Shown here: positions 32,290 through 42,742 of the stretch, one piece after another
How the letters are laid out: the number at the start of each line of letters is the position of its first letter
Numbering within the stretch: position 1 is the stretch's first letter
Assembly: GCA_965262015.1 (NCBI GenBank)
Contig: OZ253494.1
Coordinates: 1,402,720 to 1,466,719, forward strand
Length of the DNA stretch: 64,000 nucleotides
Direction of reading: 5' to 3'
Source: Leptospiria bacterium
Lineage (GTDB): Bacteria > Spirochaetota > Leptospiria > Turneriellales > CBDBES01
Notes under the pieces: model-generated
What the model was told of the DNA's origin: nothing
Databases searched by the model: none
What the model saw: only the letters and a program-made list of their open reading frames with translations
Translations under genes and position numbers: made by a program

Positions 32290-33264
32290 ATGCCGAATAT
32301 ATCAGTAAGAGAAGCACTTAATCAGGCACTTGACGAAGAATTAGCAAGAGATGAAAAAGTTTTTATTATAGGCGAAGAAGTAGGCCATTATCATGGGGCC
32401 TACAAAGTTACACAGGGCTTAATAGATAAATATACAGATAAACGTATTATTGACGCCCCAATTGCAGAGTCTGGTTTTGCAGGCCTAGGTATAGGTGCTG
32501 CTATGATTGGATTAAAGCCAATAGTAGAATTTATGACATGGAATTTTTCTCTGGTTGCCATTGATCAAATTATTAATAATGCCGCCAAGGTGCGATATAT
32601 GTCAGGCGGACAATTCTCTCTCTCTATTGTATTTAGAGGTCCCCAGGGAGCTGGTGGATATTTAGCAGCACAGCATTCACAAATTTTTGAAAACTACTAT
32701 GTGTATACGCCTGGACTAAAAGTCATTGCTCCTTCTACACCCTATGACTTTAAGGGCTTACTTAAAACATCTATTCGTGATAATAACCCCATTATTTTTT
32801 TGGAATCAGAAAAAATATACGCTAACACTGGCGATGTACCTGATGAAGAGTATACTATCCCTTTGGGCAAAGCTGATATTAAACAAGAAGGTTCAGATGT
32901 TACCATTATCGCTTGGTCTTTAATGTATTATGTAGTATTAGAAGCAAATGAAGAATTAAAAAAACGTAGTATTTCAGCTGAAATTATTGATCTCCGGTCT
33001 TTGTATCCGCTTGACATGGATACTATTTTGCAATCAGTCAAACACACTAATCATTTAGTGATTGTTCAAGAAGCGTGGCTTAAGTGCTCTATGGCAGAAC
33101 ATATTGCTTTTGAAGTAACGCAAAGAGCCTTTGATGACTTAGATGCTCCAATTGAAATTGTATGCACAGCTGACCGTCCAATGCCTTATGCCTTTGCACT
33201 GGAAGATATGACATTACCAACACCCCCTTCTGTCGTGAAAGCTGTGGAAAAATCTCTACGATAG
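32290..33264 (+). CDS. pdhB: 2-oxoacid (pyruvate/acetoin) dehydrogenase E1 component beta subunit
   Basis: The segments REALNQALDEELARDEKVFIIGEEVG...VIDAPIAESGFAG...PLD are typical of E1-beta. No E1-alpha or E2 gene is adjacent. Confidence 0.8.
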   Translation: MPNISVREALNQALDEELARDEKVFIIGEEVGHYHGAYKVTQGLIDKYTDKRIIDAPIAESGFAGLGIGAAMIGLKPIVEFMTWNFSLVAIDQIINNAAKVRYMSGGQFSLSIVFRGPQGAGGYLAAQHSQIFENYYVYTPGLKVIAPSTPYDFKGLLKTSIRDNNPIIFLESEKIYANTGDVPDEEYTIPLGKADIKQEGSDVTIIAWSLMYYVVLEANEELKKRSISAEIIDLRSLYPLDMDTILQSVKHTNHLVIVQEAWLKCSMAEHIAFEVTQRAFDDLDAPIEIVCTADRPMPYAFALEDMTLPTPPSVVKAVEKSLR

Positions 33265-34167
33265 TTAGGCAGATATAGTTTGATCTAGTGTAAAATATTT
33301 ACTGCTTGCGTATACTATAAGTACACCAAGCACAATAAAAAATAAACTATATAGAATAGAAGACGTATAGATATAATTTACTAGACAATCTGGTACATAT
33401 TTATAAGGCCATATTTTTATAAGACTACCTTGCATAATTCCAATTAGAGCAGTCATCGTGTATAGATAATACTTGGAAAGAAAGTAACGCACTATTCTAG
33501 TAAATAATAATATGCCTGCAACAGCACCTAATATAAATGCAAATAAAATATCCCAATGGAATGCATGTAATGCCTTAATAATTCGTTTATATTGTCCTAA
33601 TAAGAGAAGAATATAGGCACCTGAAATACCAGGTAGCATCATGGCACAGATAGCAAACAAACCAGAGACAGTAATTAGAATATAACTTGTATCCCCGGAA
33701 TAAGGAGATGTAGTCTCTAAAAGGGCAAATGATAAAAAAGTAAATATAATAAATAATAAAATACTTATTTTGTTATGGGACAAACGAGAGAGTAAAAGAT
33801 ATACAGATGCACTGATAATACCAAAGAAAAAAGAGTAACAATACACTTGATATTTACCTAAAAAATAAGTTATTACATAAGACATGAAAAATATTCCTGA
33901 TACAATACCTAAAATAACAGGTATTAAGAATAAAAAAGGTATTTTATGATAGAGGCTTTTCCAAGTAGCTTTCTTATTCTCACGTATATATAAATATTTT
34001 AAAGTAAAAACTATCCATACTTGAACTGCATTAATGGCTTCTAATAAACGACCATAGATGCCTGTAATTAAAGCAATTGTACCTCCTGAAACACCAGGTA
34101 TGATATCTGCCATCCCCATAAACATACCTCTAATGTATAGAGAGCTGAGTTCTTTTAATTTCATCAT
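33265..34167 (-). CDS. DUF368 family polytopic membrane protein
   Basis: It has the twice-repeated motif IPGVSGGTIALITG / LPGISGAYILLLLG and about 8 TM helices. Confidence 0.7.
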   Translation of the reverse strand: MMKLKELSSLYIRGMFMGMADIIPGVSGGTIALITGIYGRLLEAINAVQVWIVFTLKYLYIRENKKATWKSLYHKIPFLFLIPVILGIVSGIFFMSYVITYFLGKYQVYCYSFFFGIISASVYLLLSRLSHNKISILLFIIFTFLSFALLETTSPYSGDTSYILITVSGLFAICAMMLPGISGAYILLLLGQYKRIIKALHAFHWDILFAFILGAVAGILLFTRIVRYFLSKYYLYTMTALIGIMQGSLIKIWPYKYVPDCLVNYIYTSSILYSLFFIVLGVLIVYASSKYFTLDQTISA

Positions 34168-34202
34168 ATCATTTGTAAACCTATGTCAATAACTAACATT
34201 AC

Positions 34203-34802
34203 TTAATACTGTAGATGTTTAAGTACCATATTCATATCGTCTACTACATGTTGATACACATTACTATTCTCTCCACCATTTCTTAAGAGATAGCTTGGAT
34301 GAAATGTTGGCATTACATCAATGGCTTGAAATTTATGCCAAGTGCCTCTAATCGAGCTAATAGCAACTTGTGTTTGTAAAATAAATTTAGTAGAAGGTCC
34401 TCCTAAGGTAATAATTATCTTAGGTTGAATAATATTAATTTGCTGGAATAATAATGTCTTACATGCCTCTACTTCATCTGCTTGAGGTGGTCTATCTTTT
34501 TGCATAAGTAAATCTATTGATGGACGGCACTTGACAATATTAGCAATATAAACATCAGAACGCTCCATGTTCATATGTGTTTTAAGCATATCCGTTAATA
34601 AAATACCTGCTCGGCCAACAAAAGGATGCCCAGTAAGATCTTCCTGCTTACCAGGGCCTTCACCAATAAACATAATATCTGCATCGATGTTACCTTCCCC
34701 AAAAACCACCTGATTTCGAGTAATGGCTAATTTACATTGATTACACTGTTGAGCATAGCTCTTTAATTTTTGGTAATTAGATAGTTTATCATTTCCTTGC
34801 AT
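34203..34802 (-). CDS. Uracil-DNA glycosylase, family 4
   Basis: The motifs GEGPGKQEDLTGHPFVGRAGILL and HPSYLLR are present, and the N-terminal Cys residues are consistent with the family-4 Fe-S type. Confidence 0.8.
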   Translation of the reverse strand: MQGNDKLSNYQKLKSYAQQCNQCKLAITRNQVVFGEGNIDADIMFIGEGPGKQEDLTGHPFVGRAGILLTDMLKTHMNMERSDVYIANIVKCRPSIDLLMQKDRPPQADEVEACKTLLFQQINIIQPKIIITLGGPSTKFILQTQVAISSIRGTWHKFQAIDVMPTFHPSYLLRNGGENSNVYQHVVDDMNMVLKHLQY

Positions 34803-34803
34803 A

Positions 34804-36414
34804 CTAATCTATTTTGTAGTGTAGCCCTACACTCGTTTTTCTTTTTATTGCTGCTTGTAATATTAATCTAGCTCCAAGACACATATTACGTACTTCCAGT
34901 AAGATGCAATTAACATAGTTAGGTTGTAAAAAATCTTCTAGTTTTTCTTCTATTATCTTTATAGCGTTTAGGCCTTGTTTTAAGCCTGTGCTTGTACGCA
35001 AGATGTTAGCATATTCATGCATAATAGTTTGTATTTGTTTTTTATAATCTTCTATCTGCTGAATTTTATCCAAGCTAAAATCAAACTCTCTAGTCTTATA
35101 TTTATTTTTTAGTTTAACCATATCCAGTTTAGGTGCTAATTTAGTCAGATTTACTGTATACTTGTTGCGAATAGATAGATAGGCACGATGAGAAAAAACA
35201 AGTGCCTCTAATAAAGAGTTAGATGCTAATCGGTTAGCCCCATGTACACCAGTACAAGCATTTTCACCAACGGCATAAAGAGACTTGAGACTAGTTTGGC
35301 TTCTAAAGTTTACTTTAATCCCTCCACATAGATAGTGTGCAGCGGGTGCCACTGGTATGGGTATTTGTGTCATATCTAAATCAAATTTTTCTTTAAGTGT
35401 AGTAAATATCATCGGAAAGCTGGTCTTAATCTTTTCTTTGGGTAGATGTGTCATATCCAAATAAACAAATTTCTCTTTGCGATTCTGAAGCTCCGTTGCA
35501 ATGGCATAGGCAATTATATCTCTGGAAGCTAACTCACCCCTTACATCATACTTTTCCATAAAATAAGTACCATCTTGTAAATATAATCTAGCTCCTACAC
35601 CACGCAATGCTTCAGTTAATAAAAACGAAGAGCTTATATTATAATATAGGGCGGTAGGATGGAATTGCATGAATTCTAAATCTTTTGTCTGACATGATGC
35701 TCTATGAGCAATAGCAATGCCATCTCCTGTACTTACCATGGGATTAGTAGTATTAAGGTATAGTTGACCAATGCCACCAGTTGCTAAGCAAGTATAGTCA
35801 GCTAAGAGTATCTTCATTTTTTTTGTCTTCATATCTATAGCATATAAACCGCAACATTGCCTGCTTATTCCTTTTTTGAATAGTGACAATAGTTTGTATA
35901 AAAGTTTTGTAAGAAGTATTCCTTGTCTTGGAGCTGTAATCAATTCAAGTAACATATGATTATCCCAGAATGTGATATTCTTATTCTTACTACTACGTTC
36001 TAGTAAAATGTCTAGCATAGCTTTCCCTGTATGATCTTTTACATGAGCAATCCTGTGAATGCTATGTCCTCCCTCTTTATGCAGATCTAGGGTATTATCA
36101 TATTTTTTAGTGAACTCCAATCCTAACGCCACAATCTCTTGCATTCTTTCTACACCTTCATGACAAAGTATTTTCACAGATTTACGATTATTAAAATAAG
36201 AACCTGCTCGTAATGTGTCGTCAATATGACTTTGTATTGAATCTAATTCACCAGATGCAACCGCCATACCACCCTGAGCATAATAGCTTGCAGATTCTTT
36301 TCTATTACTTTTATTAATAACACACACTTTACCTAAATTAGCCAATCGAAGTGCTAATGACAAACCCGCTACACCAGAGCCAACAATCACAAAAGGGAAG
36401 TAGTTAGTATCCAT
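34804..36414 (-). CDS. nadB: L-aspartate oxidase
   Basis: The segments VIVGSGVAGLS, HPTAL and GLYAVGENACTGVHGANRLASNSLLE are characteristic. Confidence 0.9.
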   Translation of the reverse strand: MDTNYFPFVIVGSGVAGLSLALRLANLGKVCVINKSNRKESASYYAQGGMAVASGELDSIQSHIDDTLRAGSYFNNRKSVKILCHEGVERMQEIVALGLEFTKKYDNTLDLHKEGGHSIHRIAHVKDHTGKAMLDILLERSSKNKNITFWDNHMLLELITAPRQGILLTKLLYKLLSLFKKGISRQCCGLYAIDMKTKKMKILLADYTCLATGGIGQLYLNTTNPMVSTGDGIAIAHRASCQTKDLEFMQFHPTALYYNISSSFLLTEALRGVGARLYLQDGTYFMEKYDVRGELASRDIIAYAIATELQNRKEKFVYLDMTHLPKEKIKTSFPMIFTTLKEKFDLDMTQIPIPVAPAAHYLCGGIKVNFRSQTSLKSLYAVGENACTGVHGANRLASNSLLEALVFSHRAYLSIRNKYTVNLTKLAPKLDMVKLKNKYKTREFDFSLDKIQQIEDYKKQIQTIMHEYANILRTSTGLKQGLNAIKIIEEKLEDFLQPNYVNCILLEVRNMCLGARLILQAAIKRKTSVGLHYKID

Positions 36415-36487
36415 AAAACCTATTCTTTAGTAGATGTAGTATAAAGTAGTTATTAACGTATTATGTATCTACAATCAATACTTCATA

Positions 36488-37369
36488 TCAAAAATGGATT
36501 TTTTTTATCAGAGATAAGATAGCTTCATTTACAAACTTGGGGCTTTCGACTTGAGGCAAATGACCTATATCAGGTATGGTTGTGAATGTACTGTTACTTA
36601 ATTTGGAGTGTAGTTCATAACCAGATTGTATAGGCAAAACTCTGTCTTTTTCTCCCCATATAAGAGAGACTGGTATATAAATTTCTGGTAAAATAGTATT
36701 TAACATACTCCATTTTGTTAGATTTCTTGAGACACTAAAAAAGTTATCTAAAGCTATTTGATTTTCATAGAATGAGATAAGCTTTTCTTTAAAGTTTATT
36801 GTTTCGAGTGCTTTAAAAGATTTTTCAAAGGATAAGGAAAAAAATAGCCTAAGCATGTTTTTTATAGGCATCCACGGTGCTATCATTTGAGAAGCATTAA
36901 AAACCTTAGGCATTTTAGTAAATAAAATAGCCAGCCTTTTTAGAACTCCAAAATCAAGAGCAGAACGGCTAAGAGGAGCTATCAATATTGCACCATGGAT
37001 AATGTTAGATAGTGATACCAAGACACTTAATGCGACAGCTCCTCCTAATGAATTACCTACTACAATAATTTTTTTGAGTTTATTTTTTTGGATAAAGGCG
37101 GTAATGATAGTCTGGTAATACTTGGGTTCTAAAGTTACGTTGCTTTTACTTAAAGAGCCACCAAAACCAGGTAGATCTGGTGCAATTAAAAGGTATTTAT
37201 CTTGAAAATAGTCCCACTGATATTGCCATATCGTACTATCTAGAGCAAATGGATGTAAAAAAAGAATACAAGGCTGTTTTCTATTAAAGAGGTTTAAGTT
37301 AGGAATAGATTGTAAGTAGGTAATTTTCTGTTCACCAATATACATGGTTTTTTTGTACATATTTTTCAT
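36488..37369 (-). CDS. Alpha/beta-fold hydrolase
   Basis: It has the nucleophile elbow GNSLGG, ILFLHPF, and a C-terminal IGHLP. Confidence 0.7.
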   Translation of the reverse strand: MKNMYKKTMYIGEQKITYLQSIPNLNLFNRKQPCILFLHPFALDSTIWQYQWDYFQDKYLLIAPDLPGFGGSLSKSNVTLEPKYYQTIITAFIQKNKLKKIIVVGNSLGGAVALSVLVSLSNIIHGAILIAPLSRSALDFGVLKRLAILFTKMPKVFNASQMIAPWMPIKNMLRLFFSLSFEKSFKALETINFKEKLISFYENQIALDNFFSVSRNLTKWSMLNTILPEIYIPVSLIWGEKDRVLPIQSGYELHSKLSNSTFTTIPDIGHLPQVESPKFVNEAILSLIKKIHF

Positions 37370-37446
37370 AGCAAGGTCATTAGGTTAAATAAACGCTAAG
37401 ATCATTTATCCGTGAAATGATAGAGAGTGTACAGTAATTCTTTCAT

Positions 37447-38859
37447 TTAGAAACCTTCTTCAAATAGATTATTTTGTTGTAGTTGTGTTTCGTAGGATGT
37501 GGAATCTATTTTTACTGGATATTTACCACTAAAACATGCGGTACAAAGGCCATGTTGACTATTAATAGCACGTTTCATGCCTGCGATAGATAAAAATGCA
37601 ATGGTGTCAACATTAATATATTGAGCAAGTTCTTTAAGATTATATGTAGTGGCTACTAATTCTTTATTAGTGGGAATATCAATACCATAGTAACAAGCAT
37701 ATTTTGTTGGTGAAGATGATATACGCATATGTATTTCTTTTGCTCCAGCCTTGCGCAACATTGTAGTAATTTTTTTTGATGTGGTTCCTCTTACAATACT
37801 ATCATCAATAACAGTAATTCGCTTATTTGCCACTACTGAACTAATCGCATTATACTTGATTTTAGTACCAAAATCTCTTATTTCTTGTTCGGGTTCAATA
37901 AAAGTTCTTCCAATATAGTGTGATCTAATTAAACCCAAATGGTAAGGTATCTTACTTTTACTAGAATAACCCAATGCTGCAACATTGGAAGAGTCGGGTA
38001 CAGAGATCACAATATCACTATCCGTTGGTGATTCTTCAGCTAGAATTTCTCCCAATTTAAAACGTACATCATAAACTGGTTGTTCAAATATATGAGAATC
38101 TGGCCTAGAAAAATAAATAAATTCAAAAATACACATACTCGTGACGCATTTTTTAAAAGGGAAATGAGAAGATAAACCATTTGCATTGACAACTAACAGT
38201 TCACCTGGGACAATATCTCGTATATATTCAGCATCCATAATATCTAAAGCACATGTTTCTGAAGCAAATACCCATCCATTATCTTTTTTACCCATCACAA
38301 GGGGTCTAAATCCATGTGGATCTCGCACCACATAAAGATTATCTTGAGTTAGAATAACTAGGGAGAATGCACCTTCTACTTGACGTAGGGCATCTATAAG
38401 TGCATATAATTCATCTTTTGCAGGAGAGTGTACCATCAAGTGAAAAATAACTTCTGTATCAACAGTTGTTTGAAAAATAGTACCCTTTTGTTCCAGCTTA
38501 TTTTTAATTGTATATACGTTACTAATATTACCATTATGAGCTAAGGACATGTATCCCAATTTTGATTGCATACAAATAGGTTGTATATTTCTTAAAAAGT
38601 TATGTCCAGTTGTACTATAACGATTGTGGGCAATTGCAATATCTCCTTTCAGGTTGTTTAATTTAGCTTTATTAAAGCTCTCTATTACTTTACCCATACT
38701 AGCACTGCGATAAAATTTTTCCCTGTCAAAAGAAACAATACCAGTACCTTCTTGTCCTCGATGTTGTAGGGCATAAATACCTAAATAAGCCAAAAACGAT
38801 GCGGAAGGAATATTATAGAGTGCAACTACACCGCACTCTTCTTTAGGATAAGTATTCAT
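37447..38859 (-). CDS. purF: Amidophosphoribosyltransferase
   Basis: It has the N-terminal ...ECGVVALY (Ntn Cys), HRGQEG, RYSTTG, and the DDSIVRGTT PRPP loop. Confidence 0.92.
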   Translation of the reverse strand: MNTYPKEECGVVALYNIPSASFLAYLGIYALQHRGQEGTGIVSFDREKFYRSASMGKVIESFNKAKLNNLKGDIAIAHNRYSTTGHNFLRNIQPICMQSKLGYMSLAHNGNISNVYTIKNKLEQKGTIFQTTVDTEVIFHLMVHSPAKDELYALIDALRQVEGAFSLVILTQDNLYVVRDPHGFRPLVMGKKDNGWVFASETCALDIMDAEYIRDIVPGELLVVNANGLSSHFPFKKCVTSMCIFEFIYFSRPDSHIFEQPVYDVRFKLGEILAEESPTDSDIVISVPDSSNVAALGYSSKSKIPYHLGLIRSHYIGRTFIEPEQEIRDFGTKIKYNAISSVVANKRITVIDDSIVRGTTSKKITTMLRKAGAKEIHMRISSSPTKYACYYGIDIPTNKELVATTYNLKELAQYINVDTIAFLSIAGMKRAINSQHGLCTACFSGKYPVKIDSTSYETQLQQNNLFEEGF

Positions 38860-38998
38860 ACGTGTTGTGTTTATAGTTCATTGTCTAAAGTACAATCCAA
38901 AATTTTTTTTAGACTTTAAAGTTAATAAAGTGTATGTAAGTTCCATTTTGAAGTGAAAAATTAGGTTCCATTTTAGAGTGCATATGTTTACAAATTTC

Positions 38999-39961
38999 TT
39001 ATGAAAAAATTGCAGATTTATTTTGCAAATATCCATTTATAAAGTCTTTTCCAGTAATTTTTTTCTTACCTGGTAATTGTATATGAGAGATTGGTAGCAA
39101 ATATTGATCCCCGCAAACTACTTTTAGTATGTGAGTAGAATCTATAGATATACTTCCACTTGGTTGGTTAACTTTTGAACTATATAATTCTTTTTCTGGG
39201 ACATTAAAATCACAAAAAATACGTATACGTAAGCCTTTCCATGAAGTAAAACTGCCTGGCTTCTTATTAAATGCCCTGCAAAGATTACGTATAGATATAA
39301 TATCCTTATCCCATGATATTTGACCAGATTGTGTATATATTTTATGACAATAACTTGTTTGACCTTCTTCTTGTTTTGTTTCGCCTAACAGTCCACTATA
39401 TAATTTATCCAAAACATCCAACCCATGTTGAATAAGATTTATCTCTAACTTATGCCACAAAGAAGCTTGCTCATCTGTCCATTCTATATCAATTCTAGAT
39501 TGATGAAAAATATTACCCGTATCTATTGTTTCGTTAATCTTTTGTAAAGTCCATCCAGTAGTTAAGTGGCCATGTAATAAAACACATTCAATGGGTGAGG
39601 CCCCTCTCAATAGAGGCAAAAGACTAGCATGGAAATTAAAAGTCCCATGTGTTGGCATATTAAAACATACAGAAGGGATCATTTTTCCATAAGCAACAAC
39701 AATATTGAAGGTAACCGCATACTGGGCTAACTGTGATTGAAATTCCTTATCTTGTAACGATGTTGGAGACAAACATGGTATCTGAGTTTCTTGACATAGT
39801 TGTTTTACATGAGAAGGTAGAATGGTTCTACCACGTTTAGATCGTGGTTTATCTTCTTTAGTAACGGCAAAGACAACATTATACCGTGGATCATTTATCA
39901 ATGCCGTAAGTAGACTAGCAGAGATACTAGGTGTACCCCAAAAACCTAGGTTGATATGCAT
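38999..39961 (-). CDS. fmt: Methionyl-tRNA formyltransferase
   Basis: The segments FWGTPSISA, HASLLPLLRGASPIE and the C-terminal domain are present. Confidence 0.88.
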   Translation of the reverse strand: MHINLGFWGTPSISASLLTALINDPRYNVVFAVTKEDKPRSKRGRTILPSHVKQLCQETQIPCLSPTSLQDKEFQSQLAQYAVTFNIVVAYGKMIPSVCFNMPTHGTFNFHASLLPLLRGASPIECVLLHGHLTTGWTLQKINETIDTGNIFHQSRIDIEWTDEQASLWHKLEINLIQHGLDVLDKLYSGLLGETKQEEGQTSYCHKIYTQSGQISWDKDIISIRNLCRAFNKKPGSFTSWKGLRIRIFCDFNVPEKELYSSKVNQPSGSISIDSTHILKVVCGDQYLLPISHIQLPGKKKITGKDFINGYLQNKSAIFS

Positions 39962-39970
39962 TGATTAAAT

Positions 39971-40381
39971 TCAGGTTCTAAATAAATCTTGTAGCTCGTT
40001 TGCTTTAGCCGCCACATAAAATAATGATTTAATAAACCTTTCAGGATCTAAATCTTTTACAAAATAAGTCTGGTGTATCACTAACATTTCTTCCATAAGA
40101 GCAATAGAACCATAATCTAGTGATAAGTTTAACTCTAAGGCATTCAACAATGTAGTAACCTCATCAGTATTTATCTTACATATAACAGAATAATAATTAA
40201 CTGTTGAATCACCTGTACTATCCTCATCTAAAAACACTAAAACTTTTTGCAGTCGTTCGCCTTCAAAAGGGATGTCAGCAAAATATCTGTTTTCAGTCTC
40301 CTTAATAAAATGGATATTCATTTCTACCTGAATGGCAGCAATAAATCCATCGAAAATTTCTAATAGAGCTACTTTTTTCAT
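39971..40381 (-). CDS. Hypothetical protein (possibly YbjN-like)
   Basis: This is a 136-aa acidic soluble protein with no diagnostic motif. The family guess rests only on size and pattern. Confidence 0.35.
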   Translation of the reverse strand: MKKVALLEIFDGFIAAIQVEMNIHFIKETENRYFADIPFEGERLQKVLVFLDEDSTGDSTVNYYSVICKINTDEVTTLLNALELNLSLDYGSIALMEEMLVIHQTYFVKDLDPERFIKSLFYVAAKANELQDLFRT

Positions 40382-40443
40382 ATAAACGCTACTAAGTATA
40401 TACTTATGTCTCTTATGTATATTACTTTATTTTATAGTGTATT

Positions 40444-41051
40444 GGAGAGTCTGGAGTTGGACAGTTTAAGGTGTTCATAAGCCGTTTTTCTTAAAAGTAT
40501 TAAGACTTAGGAGGAATAGTTTATGAAAATATACAACGAAAAGCAGATATTTATTTTAGGTCTATTCATAGCATAACAAATAGTATGAAAAAAGCATTTG
40601 GAGTATGGAAAATAGACACCATGTACATACAAAATGAGTATATTGCTGTGGCTGTAGAACAGTATTTCGAAAAATTATAGTAATACTGATACTTAATCTA
40701 AAAGCAGAAACATGATTAGAAGCATGGAAACAGTTGTTTTCTCGAGTGGAAAATATACGGGCTATCGTTTATGGCAGGAGGAATTGAAAATATATCATTT
40801 AGAAATTTATAGAGAATGCTAAATATAGTAGTCTATGCATGCAACCCAGGTTCACCATGGCAAAAAGAACAGATTGAGGATGCCATCAAATAAGATAGGA
40901 AGATATTTTGACAGAAAGACAGATTATCAGACATTAAAACAAAAAAATATATTTAGATCTTGTACTATGATCAATAACATGTACAAGCTTATTGTTGTAA
41001 GGGGAAACTGCTGACCAAGTCTATTCTGTCTAGCTCCGGTGCTGACTCTCC
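40444..41051 (+). mobile_element. IS30-family remnant (copy 3), both termini preserved, body collapsed to 608 bp
   Basis: It carries terminal inverted repeats GGAGAGTC (40444) and GACTCTCC (41044-41051). The interior holds transposase fragments interrupted by stops (..ACNPGSPWQKEQIEDAIK*..). Confidence 0.75.
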
Positions 41052-41132
41052 AGATATTATGTAGTTTTTTATAAAAATTGTACTTGTTTTAGAACTGAAA
41101 AAATAGTAAGATCACCCCTTTAGAGGCATGGT

Positions 41133-41789
41133 ATGATAGGGATTATTTATCAGATTAAGAAAGGATTACGTGAATCTCTATTGCTGTATATACTTTCAGA
41201 ATATGGTAAATTAAGCAAGATTAATTTACCTGGTATTATTAAATCAAAAAGAAGATCATCTATGTTTTTTGTACAGGGTACGATTTGGGATTTTACCCTG
41301 CCCCATAAAAAATCTAAAATAGTTATACCAAAAGAGACACGTTTATTATATACTCCTGTAAACACAAAGTCTTCCTATGAAGATTTGTGTAAGGTAGATA
41401 GTTTATTAAAACCCTTAGAGACGCTTTGGTTAGGAGAGAGCTATACATTTATCTATGATATTTTGTTTCAAGTACTTAAGGAGTGGTCTAGCTTGGACGC
41501 CCTTGAGAAAGAAATGAGAATTAATTATTTTTATGTAAAAATCTTGACCTTACTTGGTCATTTGCCTTTAAATGAAGTTATGCTAACCAATAAGCAAAAT
41601 TATAGGGCATTTTTTTTAGGTTATGGTTTGGTTGATAGTCATTTAGAACAATATGCGAGTGTTTACCAAGAAAGCTATATTTCTATGAGATGGTTGTTGA
41701 GTGGTATAAAGTTAAAATCTTGTGTAGAAGAAAGTGGTAATAATACTATTTATCGTAATCGTATTATCCAGTTTCTTAATATGAAATAG
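41133..41789 (+). CDS. recO: DNA repair protein RecO-like
   Basis: The call rests on size, an N-terminal OB-like segment and a helical C-terminal half. The similarity is weak, so this is tentative. Confidence 0.45.
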   Translation: MIGIIYQIKKGLRESLLLYILSEYGKLSKINLPGIIKSKRRSSMFFVQGTIWDFTLPHKKSKIVIPKETRLLYTPVNTKSSYEDLCKVDSLLKPLETLWLGESYTFIYDILFQVLKEWSSLDALEKEMRINYFYVKILTLLGHLPLNEVMLTNKQNYRAFFLGYGLVDSHLEQYASVYQESYISMRWLLSGIKLKSCVEESGNNTIYRNRIIQFLNMK

Positions 41790-41800
41790 GGAAGATTTTT

Positions 41801-42742
41801 ATGGATGTTTTACAAAAAAGCAAAAAGTTGCAAGATATATTTAAAGTATTTATTTACTATATAAAAAAATCTTCAAGCTCATTGGCATATTCACCAAAAT
41901 ATCTTAATTATACAGGAATTGTCTTTTTAATGCTCGGATTAGGTAAGTTATTTACTATACTTTTGTTACATTTGTACATACCTACTATCATCCCACGTGG
42001 GGATGTACAACGTAATACATCAGCTAATTTTAAAAAGCCAACCCATATTGATTCTGTCAATCTAACTCAAATTTTAGATGGTATTTTATATAAATCAGCA
42101 AGCATTAAAATAAATGAAGAAGAAGAATTTATAAAGGAAGTAAAAGATTATCAGTTACTTGGCACATTAGATGGACATCCATCATTTGCACGAGCTGTTA
42201 TAAAACTTTTAGATGGCAAGGGGCCTACGCAAGAGTATGCAATAGGGAATATTATTGGGATAGATAGAATTTTATGGATTGGTAGAGAGTATATTATCTT
42301 TAGGCGAGAGGAGGATAAGGTAAAGCTCAAAGTTGGTGAAACTACAAAGGAAGCACTTGAAGTGCATCTTCAAGATAAGAGTCTTACAGATACAACGAGT
42401 AGTGATGGTAATACAGTTTATAAAGTTTTTTCCAGACAGGAGCTAAATAAAATTGTTAAGGGAAATACCGCCCAGATATACAAGAACGCTTCTTTTGGTC
42501 CAATGCTTGATAGTAATGATAAGATTATTGGTTATCGATTGCATAGTATTGGTAGAGGTCATATTTTTAGTAAATTAGGTGCTAAATCAGGTGATGTTGT
42601 TAAGAAAGTTAATGGTTATACTCTAGAAGATACTGAAAGAATGTTTGAGTTATGGCGTACCATAGGTAGTGCTGACAAAATTATAATCAAGCTAGATAGA
42701 GGTGGAAAGCCATTAACTTACCACTTTAAAATTAAAAACTAA
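41801..42742 (+). CDS. GspC-like protein (N-terminal TM, HR-like domain, C-terminal PDZ)
   Basis: It has a TM helix (GIVFLMLGLGKLFTILLLHLYI). The segment YQLLGTLDGHPSFARAVIKLL...YAIGNIIG...ILWIGREYIIFRRE resembles the GspC HR domain. A PDZ-like region LGAKSGDVVKKVNG lies at the C-terminus. No other gsp genes are adjacent. Confidence 0.5.
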   Translation: MDVLQKSKKLQDIFKVFIYYIKKSSSSLAYSPKYLNYTGIVFLMLGLGKLFTILLLHLYIPTIIPRGDVQRNTSANFKKPTHIDSVNLTQILDGILYKSASIKINEEEEFIKEVKDYQLLGTLDGHPSFARAVIKLLDGKGPTQEYAIGNIIGIDRILWIGREYIIFRREEDKVKLKVGETTKEALEVHLQDKSLTDTTSSDGNTVYKVFSRQELNKIVKGNTAQIYKNASFGPMLDSNDKIIGYRLHSIGRGHIFSKLGAKSGDVVKKVNGYTLEDTERMFELWRTIGSADKIIIKLDRGGKPLTYHFKIKN

